Notes: generated by a model from the letters alone, not told the origin. Counted from the first letter of the stretch, positions 23,489 through 34,359 are shown. The stretch: 64,000 nucleotides of DNA from an uncultured Planctomycetota bacterium (GCA_963719315.1 CAVRBU010000002.1:1280001-1344000); one strand, 5' to 3'. Numbers and translations are program-made.

Positions 23489-24516
23489 CAATTCCCTCCC
23501 GTGGATGATGAGGACTTGCCGGCCGACTGCTGCGCGGCGCGATGGATGATTTCGCCGAGCGCGACCGGCTTGCCATCGAGTCGTTTGCTTTCGTCGGCGG
23601 CCTCCATGAAGGCGTAGATTTCAATCGTTTCGTCGCGTCTGACGGGCGGCTGACCAGTCTTGAAGAATTTGCAGATCTCCGAAACGGCCTCGTCGTAGCC
23701 ACCGTTGGTTTTTCCCTGCAACGCGCCCTTCGTTCCGAACACGGTGAACGCGTAGTAGTAGCCCTTCTTCTCGCCACGATAAGATCCGATCCTGCCGTCC
23801 TTCCACTTACCCACGACGACCGTTGACAGAGGCGAGTTGGTGCGACTAACGCTCTCGCAACCCGTACCCATGATCGTGAACAACGGTTCGACACCGTGGA
23901 TGCCGTACCAAAACAAATCGGGGTGATGCTTTTCCGTTGACATCGGACTCGACGTTTCGCAGCCGATCATGTCGCCCATCGATTTGTCTTTGGCGGCCGC
24001 TTGAATCTCTTTGGCAAATCGCAATGAAGAGGAAGTGTAGACGGGCGTGTGCGTTTCGTCGGCAATGCGGAAGATCGTCAGCAGGTCGGCGAGTGAACCG
24101 GCGGCGGGCTTGTCGACGAACACCGGTTTGCCCTTCGCGACGGCGCGGAATTGCTCCAAATGGGGTCGGCCATCGACACTCTCAAGCAAGATGGCGTCGG
24201 TCTCGTTCGACAACTCGTCGAGCGAGTCGACGATCTTGATGCCCTTTTCGCGGAGCTGCTTCACGTAGCCGTCGAGGCGATTTTTGCTATCCGGAATGTC
24301 GGGGCTACCGCCAGGGAATGCGGCGGAAACTTCGACATCGGCAAACGGCCCGGCGGCACTGGGATCGTTCATGAGTTTGGTGAACGCAATCACGTGCGAC
24401 GTGTCGCAGCCAATGATGCCGACGCGAATCACGCCGTCTTTTCCGAAAGAAGGTTTCGGAATCGCAACGAACATCAATAGACCAATTGCAACGAAGCGGA
24501 AGCGGATGTGGCTCAT
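23488..24516 (-). CDS. Secreted Gfo/Idh/MocA-family oxidoreductase
   Basis: IRVGIIGCDTSHVIAFT, ESVDGRPHLEQ, PVFVDKP, SSSLRF and WYGIHGVE. Confidence 0.88.
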   Translation of the reverse strand: MSHIRFRFVAIGLLMFVAIPKPSFGKDGVIRVGIIGCDTSHVIAFTKLMNDPSAAGPFADVEVSAAFPGGSPDIPDSKNRLDGYVKQLREKGIKIVDSLDELSNETDAILLESVDGRPHLEQFRAVAKGKPVFVDKPAAGSLADLLTIFRIADETHTPVYTSSSLRFAKEIQAAAKDKSMGDMIGCETSSPMSTEKHHPDLFWYGIHGVEPLFTIMGTGCESVSRTNSPLSTVVVGKWKDGRIGSYRGEKKGYYYAFTVFGTKGALQGKTNGGYDEAVSEICKFFKTGQPPVRRDETIEIYAFMEAADESKRLDGKPVALGEIIHRAAQQSAGKSSSSTGGN

Positions 24517-24669
24517 AATACGCCCGATCGTGGAGGGAGGCGACGTAAGATGTCGCCCGTGGGGAGGAAACCGCCGATAACTCTTGATAAACGGGCGAGA
24601 CGCAGTTGTCAATTAACGGTGCGCAATGTTTCGATCTTTTCAGGCCGCGGTTCGCTGATTGATTTGCTC

Positions 24670-24779
24670 CACGGATGTCGCGGATGATCGCAGATAGGGA
24701 TCATTAAAATCGATTCCAACGCAATTGAACTCGCTGGCTTGGATTTTCATATCTGCGTCTTATCCGCGACATCTGCGGA
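24670..24779. repeat. Intergenic inverted cluster of CGCAGAT/ATCTGCG-type short repeats
   Basis: CGGATGTCGCGGATGATCGCAGAT ... ATCTGCGTCTTATCCGCGACATCTGCGG form a long imperfect inverted repeat; related ATCTGCG units occur at 56933-56960. Confidence 0.6.
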
Positions 24780-24805
24780 CAACAAGAATTGCATTGGTAC
24801 GATGA

Positions 24806-26044
24806 TCACACTTCCAGCAGCATCCGCGACGGATCTTCGATCGTCTCTTTCACGCGGCGCAGGAACGTGACGGCCTCGCGGCCATCTACGAGCCGGTGAT
24901 CGTACGTAAGCGCGACATACATCATCGGTCGGATGACAATCTGGCCTTCGCGCGCGATCGGCCGATCTTGGATCGCATGCAGACCGAGAACGCCGCTTTG
25001 GGGTGGGTTAACGATCGGCGTCGACAGCAGCGAACCGAAGACGCCGCCGTTCGAGATCGTGAACGTGCCGCCTTCGAAATCCTTGGGCTCCAGCTTGTTC
25101 TCGGCGGCCCGCTGCGAGAAGTCGTTGATGGCTTGTTCGATCGCGGCGAAACTTAGCCGTTCGGCGCCACGCAACACGGGGACGACCAGGCCCTTGCTGC
25201 TGCTCACTGCCATGCCGATGTTGAAGTAACGACGGTAAATAATATTGTCGTCGCGGATCTCGGCGTTAAGAGCCGGCGTTTGCTTGAGCGCTTCAATCGT
25301 TGCTTTGACGAAGAACGGCATGAAGCCGAGCTTGACGCAGTACTTCGTTTGGAAGGCGTCGCGATACGCGGCCCGCAATTCTTTCACGGCCGTCATGTCG
25401 ATCTCGTTGAACGTCGTCAGCAATGCGGCATTCTGTTGGGCGCTCACCAGCCGGGCGGCGATCCGGCGGCGGATGAGACTCATCGGCACGATTTCTTCAA
25501 GTTCACCGGCGGCCAGCATTTCCACCGGCTGCTTCGATCGGACCGTCTCAACTTTAGGCGGTTCGTCGACTGGCGGCTTTTCGCCTTGCCCTTTCCGCGA
25601 TTCGACAAAGCGGAGCACGTCTTTGCGACGAAGACTGTCCCCCTTGGCATCGACGTCGGACGCCTTCAATCCGTATTCGCGAAGCGCACGGCGGGCGGCT
25701 GGCGTGATCGGCATATCATCGCCTTCCGTACTGCGTATCGCGGCGGCAGCCGGGGCGTCGCTGTTGGCCGGCGCCGCCTCCGGCTGCGCAGCCTTCTTTG
25801 TTTGTTCGCCATTTTCGAGGTAGCCGATGACATCGCCGACGACGACCATTTCACCTTCGCGCTTGAGAATCCGACCGAGCACGCCGGCCGCGGGGGCGGG
25901 CAACTCCATCGAAGCCTTGTCGGTCTCAAGCTCGACGACGTTCTCATCGAGCGCGACGGCGTCCCCTTCGCGCTTGAGCCAGCGCCCGATTTGCACTTCG
26001 TGAACCGACTCGCCGACTTCTGGTATCTTCAGTTCGATGCTCAT
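24806..26044 (-). CDS. sucB: Dihydrolipoamide succinyltransferase (E2 of 2-oxoglutarate dehydrogenase)
   Basis: IPEVGES, lipoyl [32 protein letters not shown] and [13 protein letters not shown]. Confidence 0.95.
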   Translation of the reverse strand: MSIELKIPEVGESVHEVQIGRWLKREGDAVALDENVVELETDKASMELPAPAAGVLGRILKREGEMVVVGDVIGYLENGEQTKKAAQPEAAPANSDAPAAAAIRSTEGDDMPITPAARRALREYGLKASDVDAKGDSLRRKDVLRFVESRKGQGEKPPVDEPPKVETVRSKQPVEMLAAGELEEIVPMSLIRRRIAARLVSAQQNAALLTTFNEIDMTAVKELRAAYRDAFQTKYCVKLGFMPFFVKATIEALKQTPALNAEIRDDNIIYRRYFNIGMAVSSSKGLVVPVLRGAERLSFAAIEQAINDFSQRAAENKLEPKDFEGGTFTISNGGVFGSLLSTPIVNPPQSGVLGLHAIQDRPIAREGQIVIRPMMYVALTYDHRLVDGREAVTFLRRVKETIEDPSRMLLEV

Positions 26045-28850
26045 AGCAGTATTCTGAATGCTCGCGTAATTAGATCGTCGTGTTCTCGATGGTGGGCTGC
26101 GTTCGATCCGGTGGCTGGGCTCGCAGACGGCGTGCGGGCGACGTAGGACAACGGGTAACGGTCGAGTAGCCGGTAGCAATAACGGTTCTTCCAGTAGGCC
26201 CACGCGCCCATGTTTTCCGGCTCTTCCTGGACCCAAATGACCGGCGTTTCCGCCGGGTACGCCTGCAAAGACCGCGACAGCACTTCGTGGCGGAGCGGGT
26301 AGAACTGTTCGACGCGGAGGATCGCCACGTCTTGGCGATTCTGTTTCTCGCGGGCATCGATCAGGTCGTAGTACATCTTGCCGCTGGAAAGCAACACACC
26401 GGAAGTTTCAGTCGGTTCCTCGCGCGCGTCGCCGAGGATGCGACGGAAGCGGCCCGTCGCGAGATCGCTAAGTGGCGAAACTACTTGCGGGTGCCGCAAC
26501 AAACTCTTCGGTGTGAGAATCACGAGCGGCTTGCGCCAGTTGCGTTTCACCTGCCGGCGGAGGCAATGAAAGTATTGTGCCGGCGTCGAGGGCGTGACGA
26601 TTTGGATATTGTCTTCTGCCGCCTCGAACAGGAATCGCTCGAGCCGGGCACTCGAATGCTCAGGGCCTTTGCCTTCGAATGCATGCGGCAACAGCAGCAC
26701 CACGCCGCTCAGGCGCCGCCACTTATCTTCGGCACTGGTGATAAATTGATCGATGATCACTTGGGCCGCATTGACGAAGTCGCCGTATTGGGCCTCCCAC
26801 AGCACTAGCGCTTCTGGGTAGTCGAGCGAGTAGCCGTACTCAAAACCCATCGTCCCGGTTTCGCAGAGGGGGCTGTTGACGACGTCGATCGAAGCTTGGT
26901 TCTTGCCCAAATGGTCGAAAATGTTGTACCGCTTGCCATCGACGACGTCGTGAAGTACGGCATGACGTTGGCTAAATGTGCCGCGCTCTGAATCTTGCCC
27001 CGACAGCCGTACCGGGTGCCCTTCCATGGCCAGCGACGCAAAAGCGAGCGCCTCGGCCGCCGCCCAATCGACAGGTTCTTCCAGCTTGGCCATTCGCTGG
27101 CGGCGTTCGACCGTGCGCTGCAGTTTCTTGTGAAGGTGGAAACCCTCGGGTAGGACGATCAGTTTTTCAAGCAACGATTGCAATTGCTCAACGGGCACGC
27201 CGGTGTCGGGGCCATCGTCGGGCTCGCGGCCGCCGAAGTAACGTTGCCACACGCCGGCGGGCGTTTGCTGTTCGGCGGGCGGTGCTGTCTTGGCCTCGTT
27301 GAACTGCTTTTCCAAATCGGTGCGCTCGGCCTCGGCGATTTGGTCGGCCTCCTCCTCGGTGACTTTGCCGAACTTTAGGAGCTGCCTTAAATAGCTATCG
27401 CGAATGGAGGGCCGATTCTCAATTGCTTGGTAGACGAGCGGTTGAGTAAAGCTCGGTTCGTCCGCTTCGTTGTGGCCCCAGCGACGATAGCTATACATGT
27501 CGATCACGACATCGCGCTGAAACGCAGATCGAAAGTCCATCGCCAACTCGACCACTCGTGCGACCGCCTGGGGATACTCACCGTTGACGTGAAAAATCGG
27601 GACGGGAAGCATCTTCGCCACGTCGCTGCAATAAGTGCTCGAACGGCTTTCGGTAGGCGAAGTGGTGAAGCCCAACTGGTTGTTGAGGATCACGTGCAGC
27701 GTACCGCCGGATGCATACGACTGCAAAAAGCTGAGATTGAGTGATTCCTGCACCACGCCCTCGCCGGCGAAGGCCGCATCGCCATGAACCAACAGCGCCA
27801 TGCCCCCGCGACGGTTTTTATCGCCAATCCGATCTTGCTTGGCGCGGATGCGACCCATCGCGACGGGGTTGACGTACTCGAGATGGCTCGGGTTGAAGCA
27901 GAGCGAAACGTGGAGTTTCGCGCCGTTGGCGGCCACCCAGTCGCCGCTCGCGCCGAGGTGGTACTTCACGTCGCCGCAACCGCGGAACCAATCGGCATAC
28001 GGATCTTCGAACTCGCGAAAAATATCCGCCGGTCGCTTGCCGACGATATTGGCAAGAACATTGAGGCGGCCACGGTGGGCCATCGCCATCACGACCTCGG
28101 CAATTCCGTCTTCGGCCGCCGCTTCGAGCGCCAGATCCAAAAGCGGAATGAGCGTCTCAGCGCCTTCCAGCGAAAAAGTTTGCGCGCCAAGTATTTCTTG
28201 CGGACAAACTCTTCGAAGATCACGGCGTCGGTGAGCCGTGTCAGGATGCGAAGCTGAATCTCGCGCGTCGGCGAGCGATCGGGATCGCTCGTTTCGATGC
28301 GTTGTTGAATCCATTCCCGCATTTTGCGATCGGGAATATGCATGTACTCGAAACCGATGTGGCTACGGTAGGTGGCGTCGAGCCGCTCGATCAAGTCGCG
28401 CAGCGGCATGGGCCTCGAATTGCCGCCTCCGAATGTGGTCATGATCGCGCGATCAAAATCGGCCGGCGCGAGGCCGTAGTGCGCCGGATCGAGCGGTGCG
28501 CAATTGCGCGGAGCAAGGCCGAGTGGATCGAGTTTGGCAGCGCGGTGCCCATGCACGCGATAGCCGACGACGAGCTGATCGACGCGGTGCTGCAATAGCA
28601 GCGCGGATTCATCGCCCCGGCTCGATGCAGGCGGCTGAGTCAGCGGATCAAACACGCTGGCCGGCTGAAACGAAGGACGCAGGCGGACCGTGAGTTTCTC
28701 GCCATTGCCGGCCGTCAGACTGCGAAAGTATTGCTGCCAAACGGCCGGAACGCGCGAGGCGTCCTGCAAATAGTCCTCGAGCAACCCTTCCACATAGTCC
28801 GAGTTGAGGGAATCGAGCTCCAAAAGAGTGTCATCTCCGTTACCGGACAT
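26041..28850 (-). CDS. sucA: 2-oxoglutarate dehydrogenase E1 (apparent frameshift ~28183)
   Basis: [43 protein letters not shown] and [14 protein letters not shown]-terminus is in ORF 28089..28850. Confidence 0.95.
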
Positions 28851-28873
28851 CGCGTGTGATCCTACTCAAACCT

Positions 28874-28939
28874 GTAGCTGAAGTCGCAAGAGTTCAGAGA
28901 ATTCAAGGACCAGACCGGAATTCTTGCGAATTCCGCTGC
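28874..28939. repeat. Degenerate GTAG-type REP doublet
   Basis: GTAGCTGAAGTCGCAAGAGTTCAG ... GGAATTCTTGCGAATTCCGCTGC in inverted orientation. Confidence 0.45.
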
Positions 28940-29048
28940 GGCGGGCAGGCTACTTTTATTGTAATTGTAACGATGCGGCCATGGAGCATCACCCGCCCGT
29001 TGCTGCCAAGCGATTCGAGGATGCTGAGAGGGCGATAATATCGACCTG

Positions 29049-29828
29049 CTACGCAAGAAACGGGAAGCTGGCGTCCATCTCGGCGTTCGACAGTTCTACC
29101 AAAAAACTCGCCAGCTCTCGGCTAACGGCGTCGAAAAAGCGGGCGCCCTTCTCGGCGGTGGCCTGGCGAGGATCGCCGGCGCCGGAGTCCTCGGTGTACT
29201 TCTCCCAGGGGCGCGGCGCGCGGGCCCAACCGGCACGCATTCCGCCCAATCGGAACGGGGCTGTGGGTTGAGCGCCGGCCTGTCGCATCTCCACAAGCTC
29301 TGGCCGCAAATGCAAAACGAGGCTCGTCTCCATATCATTGGCGTGGTCGCCGCCGGCCGCAAATAATTCGTTCTGCAGCTCGCGACACATCCCAAACCAA
29401 TTGACCTGCACTAAAAACACTTTCCGCTTGCCGTATAGCTCCTTGAGATGCATATAAAAATCATTGCCGCCGTGGCCGTTGAGAATCACGGCTTTTTCGA
29501 CGCCGCTGTTGTCGAGCGACTCGGTCAGGTCCGACAAGATCTGATTTAACGTGCTCGGATACAAGTTCATCGCGAGCGGATATGTTTGCTGCGAGGTCTG
29601 CACGCCGAACGGTATCGTCGGGAGCGCAACAACCCGTGCGCCTTGCTCGCGCGCCAACGCACACGAGTGATCGGCGATGGCGCTTGCTTCGATGATGTCG
29701 GTACCGTAGGGCAAATGTCCGCCGTGAGGCTCGGTGGCCGCGAAAGGCAGCACCACGACTTTTGGCAAGCTCGCGCGAACTTGCGGCAGCGTTAGATCGG
29801 CCAAATTGTGTTGCTTACGATCGGTCAT
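29049..29828 (-). CDS. Creatininase/creatinine amidohydrolase family protein
   Basis: LPFAATEPHGGHLPYGTD, ILNGHGGN, GDHANDMETS and GDPRQATAEKG. Confidence 0.9.
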   Translation of the reverse strand: MTDRKQHNLADLTLPQVRASLPKVVVLPFAATEPHGGHLPYGTDIIEASAIADHSCALAREQGARVVALPTIPFGVQTSQQTYPLAMNLYPSTLNQILSDLTESLDNSGVEKAVILNGHGGNDFYMHLKELYGKRKVFLVQVNWFGMCRELQNELFAAGGDHANDMETSLVLHLRPELVEMRQAGAQPTAPFRLGGMRAGWARAPRPWEKYTEDSGAGDPRQATAEKGARFFDAVSRELASFLVELSNAEMDASFPFLA

Positions 29829-29835
29829 AGAGAAC

Positions 29836-29918
29836 AAAAGACGACATCACCGTTTTTATTCTCGACACCACCGACGCGGCAACTGTCAATTTCAGTGATG
29901 TCCACTTCCCCACTTCCC
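29836..29918. repeat. Miniature inverted-end element (GACATCAC...GTGATGTC) with adjacent CACTTCCC x2
   Basis: GACATCAC 29843-29850 and GTGATGTC 29895-29902; internal CTGTCAAT also present at the RAYT upstream end. Confidence 0.55.
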
Positions 29919-29923
29919 CCTTC

Positions 29924-30124
29924 TTACTTGAATATTTTTCCTAGGTGATGCAGCACTTGGCTGGCTCCAGACCACACCATTAGCGCAAGCATGACTATCA
30001 AAAATGCGCTCTCCAGATTACTCCGTTCTTCGCTCTTTTGATACACGTACACGATTAAGCCAAGTGCGCAGATAGTGCCGAATATCGCGAATACCAAGGC
30101 CAATACCCAATAGCTGACTGTCAT
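29924..30124 (-). CDS. Small two-TM hypothetical membrane protein
   Basis: 66-aa ORF with two hydrophobic segments; ATGA-coupled to the upstream fragment; AT-richer than the flanks. Confidence 0.6.
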   Translation of the reverse strand: MTVSYWVLALVFAIFGTICALGLIVYVYQKSEERSNLESAFLIVMLALMVWSGASQVLHHLGKIFK

Positions 30125-30225
30125 TTGCTCGCCCTCAGCTTGGCAACATCCAGGACCAACCAGTCGGTCAGTGCATCATCCATTGCACCAGGATAATTGC
30201 GGGTGCTGTATACCTCAAGGCGGAT
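30121..30225 (-). pseudogene. Probable 3' fragment of an unknown gene beginning abruptly at the RAYT end motif
   Basis: Frame ...LEVYSTRNYPGAMDDALTDWLVLDVAKLRASK* overlaps the next ATG; no convincing start or RBS. Confidence 0.35.
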
Positions 30226-30233
30226 AAAAAGGG

Positions 30234-31169
30234 TCAGAACTTGCTCAGTAGAAAACCCAGGTGTTGTCTGAGAATCGAGATGTTGTGAGTGAGTGTTTTG
30301 AGGAGCAGGAGTCGGCAGCGGCGCCAGTGGGTGCGGGCGTTGACGACTTCTCCCGAGAGACGTTTGATCATCGAGTAGACGGTTTCCACCTGCCAACGTT
30401 GTCCATAACGACTTTCGTGCAAATGACGTTTCATCTGCTTTCGATAGCGGCCCACGGGTTCCCCGGCCGGCGGTCGGCCGTGCTCGGCGGGGATCAGGGA
30501 CTGAATCCCCAGTTCGTCGCGGGCCAACACGTGGTTGGCTTCGCTGTCGAAGCCGGCGTCCGCCGCGACCGCCTTCACTCCGGTGCGAGCCTGCGCTTCG
30601 ACGACGAGCGGGCGGAAATCGCCGAAGTCGGGCCGCGGTCCCTGGCTAGCCCGGGCCGCCAGGCAGAAATGACTCGTCGTGTCGCAGACCACGCCCAGCT
30701 TGGGGTAGCGGCGATAGGAGACGGCGCACGTTCGTCCGTGTTTTCCCACCTTTTTTCGACGCCAGGCATAGTAGCGACTGGTGTGCCGCGCTTCGAAGCC
30801 GCTGGTGTCGATGGCTGCCAATCGCACGGAGCGGCGGAGCAGCTTGGCCTTCCGTGCCCGCTGGACCGTGGCCGTGATCAGCCGTTGAAACGACTTCTTC
30901 ACCAACAACCGATCGGCCGACTTTTGCAGCGTCGTGAAGTGGGGCACCTTTTCCAGGCCGATCGCTTCGCACAGCGAATCGCTGTCCGCCAACAGGCCAA
31001 CGGTGCCCCGATAGGTCAGGTTGTAAAAATCCTTGAGCACCAGACAGGCAAACAGTTGATGCTGCGTGAAGACCCGTGGGCTGAACCGATGCGAGTACCG
31101 CGGCAGCGAAGCCTGGGCCACGGCCAGTGCCTCGACCAACACGCGCTTCGGACTCTTGCTCGTCTTCAT
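30234..31169 (-). CDS. DDE transposase (IS5/IS4-like)
   Basis: VPHFTTL, AAIDTSGF, AADAGFDSE and YGQRWQVETVYSMIKR. Confidence 0.92.
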   Translation of the reverse strand: MKTSKSPKRVLVEALAVAQASLPRYSHRFSPRVFTQHQLFACLVLKDFYNLTYRGTVGLLADSDSLCEAIGLEKVPHFTTLQKSADRLLVKKSFQRLITATVQRARKAKLLRRSVRLAAIDTSGFEARHTSRYYAWRRKKVGKHGRTCAVSYRRYPKLGVVCDTTSHFCLAARASQGPRPDFGDFRPLVVEAQARTGVKAVAADAGFDSEANHVLARDELGIQSLIPAEHGRPPAGEPVGRYRKQMKRHLHESRYGQRWQVETVYSMIKRLSGEVVNARTHWRRCRLLLLKTLTHNISILRQHLGFLLSKF

Positions 31170-31233
31170 CCACCGTCATACGAACCAACACACACCGATG
31201 TTTAGCTAGCATTCAGACGTTTTCTACTGAGCA
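30242..31233 (-). mobile_element. 992-bp IS (IS5/IS4-like DDE)
   Basis: Perfect 15-bp TIR TGCTCAGTAGAAAAC (30242-30256) / GTTTTCTACTGAGCA (31219-31233); 9-bp direct repeat GTCAGAACT at 30233-30241 and 31234-31242. Confidence 0.93.
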
Positions 31234-31234
31234 G

Positions 31235-31933
31235 TCAGAACTGCTTTTTGGTGTCTTTGCGTGGGCGGCCGCGGGGACGGATGACAAGATCGAGGTCGAG
31301 TCGCTTGGCCAGTCGCGTGACCCACGTTCGGTCGCCGTAGGGCAAGCCAGTTTCGGTCGAGCGACGAATGGCGGCCGCCACGCGCTCTTCCAGCGGTAAG
31401 TGAACCTTCTCGGCCCACTTTCGTTGACGCACTGCCGGGTAAGGCGATAGTTCATCGTACGTGACGAGCGGCGAGATCAATTCGAGTGCCTCACCCAGGC
31501 CATGCACGCGATAGCTGCTCCAACGGTAGTCGGCGGCGTTTTTGACGAGGCCCGCCCGCAAGGGGTTCGCCTCGATGTAGCGGAGCACGGTCAGGGCATG
31601 CTCGTCGTTCTGAATGACGGGGCTCTTGAAGCGCCCCTGCCAGACGTGACCGCCCGAGCGGCGATGCTTGTGGTACCGCTGGGTATGCGACACCAGCAGG
31701 CTTTGCACAATCCGGCTGATCGTTGCTCCGGTGGGCCGAATCAACAGATGGAAATGGTTGTTCATCAGGCAGTAGCCGTAAAGCTCGAACGGCTTGCGTT
31801 CCTGGAGATCGGCCAGGGCCTGGAGAAAGGCCTGGAAGTCGGCCTCCTTGCGAAACACGGTTTGGCGGTTGTTGCCGCGATTGATAACGTGATAGATCAA
31901 ACCGTCGGCGATGGGGCGTAGCGGGCGGGGCAT
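31235..31933 (-). CDS. REP-associated tyrosine transposase (RAYT; Y1/HUH, IS200-like fold)
   Basis: YHVINRGNNRQTVF, YCLMNNHFHLL (HUH), GHVWQGRFKS, YIEANPLRAGLV, DYRWSSY and C-terminal RPRGRPRK. Confidence 0.92.
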   Translation of the reverse strand: MPRPLRPIADGLIYHVINRGNNRQTVFRKEADFQAFLQALADLQERKPFELYGYCLMNNHFHLLIRPTGATISRIVQSLLVSHTQRYHKHRRSGGHVWQGRFKSPVIQNDEHALTVLRYIEANPLRAGLVKNAADYRWSSYRVHGLGEALELISPLVTYDELSPYPAVRQRKWAEKVHLPLEERVAAAIRRSTETGLPYGDRTWVTRLAKRLDLDLVIRPRGRPRKDTKKQF

Positions 31934-31939
31934 GCCCAG

Positions 31940-31968
31940 AACCTACGCTTTCCGACCACCCCTGTCAA
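31940..31968 (-). promoter_or_regulatory. Sigma70-type promoter for RAYT (probably leaderless mRNA)
   Basis: Minus strand TTGACA-N17-TAGGTT-N6-ATG. Confidence 0.6.
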
Positions 31969-32153
31969 TTAAATCGTTCTGACCCTTTTGTGTGCTTTGT
32001 TTGTGCTTTGTGTGCTTTGGACGGCAGGAGAGACTCATCTTTCGGCCATAACTTACGGAGATTCGGCAAAGCTTGCTTCAATTCTTTACAGCCGGCGGGA
32101 GTAACTTTTGTGCCGATAATGCTCAAGGTATCAAGATTCTTCAGCCCCTTTAG

Positions 32154-33709
32154 CAGCCTGTTGAAGAAGTCTCCTTTGGATAGACTTTCGCTAACGACGG
32201 CATGGCGCTAAATTGTCGCCTGCGGTTGGCGTGGATGCCAGTGTAAGAGCGATTATTGTTTTGCTCAGGCATCCGCAGAGCCGAATTGAGGAGATCACGG
32301 ATGGCGTTGGGACACCGCAACCAAGAGCAGCAGTCGTCCTTCTGGATCCCGGTGGACCAGTTGCCGCGGTCGGAAGGGCATGTGTTTTACGGCAAGCTCA
32401 ATCAATTGCTGCGAGCAGCCGGCTTCGACGAGTTCGTCGAAAGGCTCTGTGAGCCGTACTACCACGAAACGATGGGGCGGCCCGGCATTCCGCCGGGCGT
32501 CTACTTCCGGATGCTGTTGGTGGGCTACTTCGAGGGCCTCGGCTCGCAGCGGGGCATCGCCTGGCGGTGTGCCGACAGTCTCAGCTTGCGAGAATTTCTG
32601 GGCGTCCCGCTCGGCGAAGAGACGCCTGACCATTCGAGCCTGACGCGGGTCCGCGACCGACTGCCGTTGTCGGTTCATCGGCAAGTATTCTGCTTCGTGC
32701 TCGAGGTGGCTGAGCAGCAAGGCCTGCTCGCCGGCAAGACGGTGGGCGTCGACGCCACGACCCTGGAGGCCGACGCGGCCATGAAGAGCATCGTCAGGCG
32801 CGACACGGGCGAGGACTGGCAGGAGTATGTTCGGCGTCTGATGCAGGAAGCAGGCCAGATCGAGCCGGGCGACGAACCCTCAGCCGAGGAGATTGCTCGG
32901 TTCGATCGCCAGCGCAAGGACAAAAAGGTCTCGAACCAAGAATGGCAGAGCGAAACCGACCCAGACAGCCGGATCACCCGGATGAAGGACGGCCGCACGC
33001 ATCTGGCCTACAAGGCCGAACACGTCGTCGATCTGGACACGGAGCTGATCCTGGCGGCCGAGATCTATCACGCCAACGCGGCCGACGTGGACACGATCGG
33101 CCCGAGCCTCAGCCAAGCGCAAGACAACTTGATTCAAGCCGACAGCGACGCGGACATCGAGGAGACGGTGGCGGACAAAGGCTACTCGGGGAACGAGACG
33201 CTGGCCGAATTGGAATTCACCGAGGGTCTACGAACGTACATCGCCGAACCACAGCACGCGCATCGTCGCAATTGGAAAAACAAAGCGGACGAAGAGCGTC
33301 GGGCGGTGACGGGCAACCGCCGCCGGGTCAAAGGAAAGCGAGGACGTGCTCTACAGCGCGAGAGGAGTGAGAAGGTCGAGCGGAGTTTCGCCCACGTCTG
33401 CGAGACGGGCGGCAGTCGGCGAACGTGGCTGCATGGTATCGAGAAAGTGAGAAAGCGATACCTGACGTCGGCCATGGCACGCAATCTGGGCCTCGTCCTG
33501 CGCCACTTGTTCGGAATCGGCACGGCCAGGAGCCTGCAAGGGAACGGCGGGCTTGCCGACGCCTTGCATGTTGTGTTGTTTAACACCCTGGCCGCGCTGG
33601 AGCGTCTGCTGACGCCCACGCCGCCGACCGGCCGACAAAAATCAACCATCAACCAACCGCTCGCGTTGGCTGCCTAAAATCACCAAATACCAACTTCTTC
33701 AACAGGTTG
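32154..33709 (+). mobile_element. 1556-bp IS (IS1182/IS5-like), copy 1
   Basis: TIR CAGCCTGTTGAAGAAG / CTTCTTCAACAGGTTG; TTAG direct repeat (32150-32153, 33710-33713). Confidence 0.95.
32301..33677 (+). CDS. Transposase (DUF772 + DDE domain)
   Basis: GRPGIPPGVYFRMLLVGY, TPDHSSLT, GVDAT, VADKGY and VERSFAH; GAGGAG RBS before ATG 32301. Confidence 0.93.
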   Translation: MALGHRNQEQQSSFWIPVDQLPRSEGHVFYGKLNQLLRAAGFDEFVERLCEPYYHETMGRPGIPPGVYFRMLLVGYFEGLGSQRGIAWRCADSLSLREFLGVPLGEETPDHSSLTRVRDRLPLSVHRQVFCFVLEVAEQQGLLAGKTVGVDATTLEADAAMKSIVRRDTGEDWQEYVRRLMQEAGQIEPGDEPSAEEIARFDRQRKDKKVSNQEWQSETDPDSRITRMKDGRTHLAYKAEHVVDLDTELILAAEIYHANAADVDTIGPSLSQAQDNLIQADSDADIEETVADKGYSGNETLAELEFTEGLRTYIAEPQHAHRRNWKNKADEERRAVTGNRRRVKGKRGRALQRERSEKVERSFAHVCETGGSRRTWLHGIEKVRKRYLTSAMARNLGLVLRHLFGIGTARSLQGNGGLADALHVVLFNTLAALERLLTPTPPTGRQKSTINQPLALAA

Positions 33710-34265
33710 TTAGCTGTTTCACCCCATCGTTGGTTATTTGAGTATGATCAAGGCCTAAATTTTTCAGTTCTACAAGTCCGCCGATCTGCTTCAGGCCAGC
33801 GTCGGTCACTTGCGTGTTATCGAGCATTAAATCCGTCAAGTGTACCAGGGTCTTGATGTGCTCCAAGCCGGCATCTGTCACTCGTGTATGGTCGAGCCAC
33901 AAACGGCGGATTTGGGTTAGTTCTTCAATGTGCTTCAGGCCGGCGTCTGTCACTTGAGTATAACCAAGTAACAGCACCTTCAGTTCCGTCAGTGCTCCGA
34001 CAGGTTTTAGCGCCTCATCGCCGATACCAGTCTCGCTGAAAGTCACGGCATAGACTGGCTTGCCGGCCGCCTCTTCATCGAACGTGACCTTGCCGCTGAG
34101 TCTTTGAATCTCGGCGATCGCGTCGGCATATTCCTTATTTGGTTGATTTGCTGATTTCGTAGCGTTATGACTTGTGCCACAACCCGACAGCACAAGAAAG
34201 AAAAAACACCCCAGCACTATCGTCTTCAATTCGTCACGATGCACGATAGACTCCTTCTCCAAATG

Positions 34266-34359
34266 ACAGAATAAGGGGTCCAGAATACAGAATAAGAGGC
34301 CAGAACGATTTTACCATAAATCGTTCTGACCCCTTATGTATGTATGTATGGACCCCTCA
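34266..34359. repeat. Miniature palindrome made of two RAYT end motifs plus flanking micro-duplications
   Basis: CAGAACGATTT-TACCAT-AAATCGTTCTG (34301-34328); AAATCGTTCTGACCC is identical to 31971-31985; ACAGAATAAG x2 on the left, TGTA x3 on the right. Confidence 0.8.

Larger units (their letters stand above)
30226..31989 (-). mobile_element. RAYT unit bounded by inverted end motifs AAAAGGGTCAGAAC / GTTCTGACCCTTTT (now containing the 992-bp IS)
   Basis: AAAAAGGGTCAGAAC at 30226-30240 and GTTCTGACCCTTTT at 31976-31989. Removing the IS plus one TSD places the first motif over the RAYT stop codon. Confidence 0.7.
31965..34244 (-). pseudogene. Leucine-rich-repeat lipoprotein gene interrupted by the 1556-bp IS
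   Basis: AAGGAG RBS + GTG 34244; lipobox LSGC; LxxTQVTDAGLKH repeats. The frame resumes beyond the IS as KGLKNLDTLSIIGTKVTPAGCKELKQALPNL. Confidence 0.85.

Noticed and set aside
29855..29890. Promoter for the creatininase gene inside the mini element (TTGACA..GAGAAT on minus strand)
   Set aside because: Spacer is 20 nt, too long for a sigma70 promoter.
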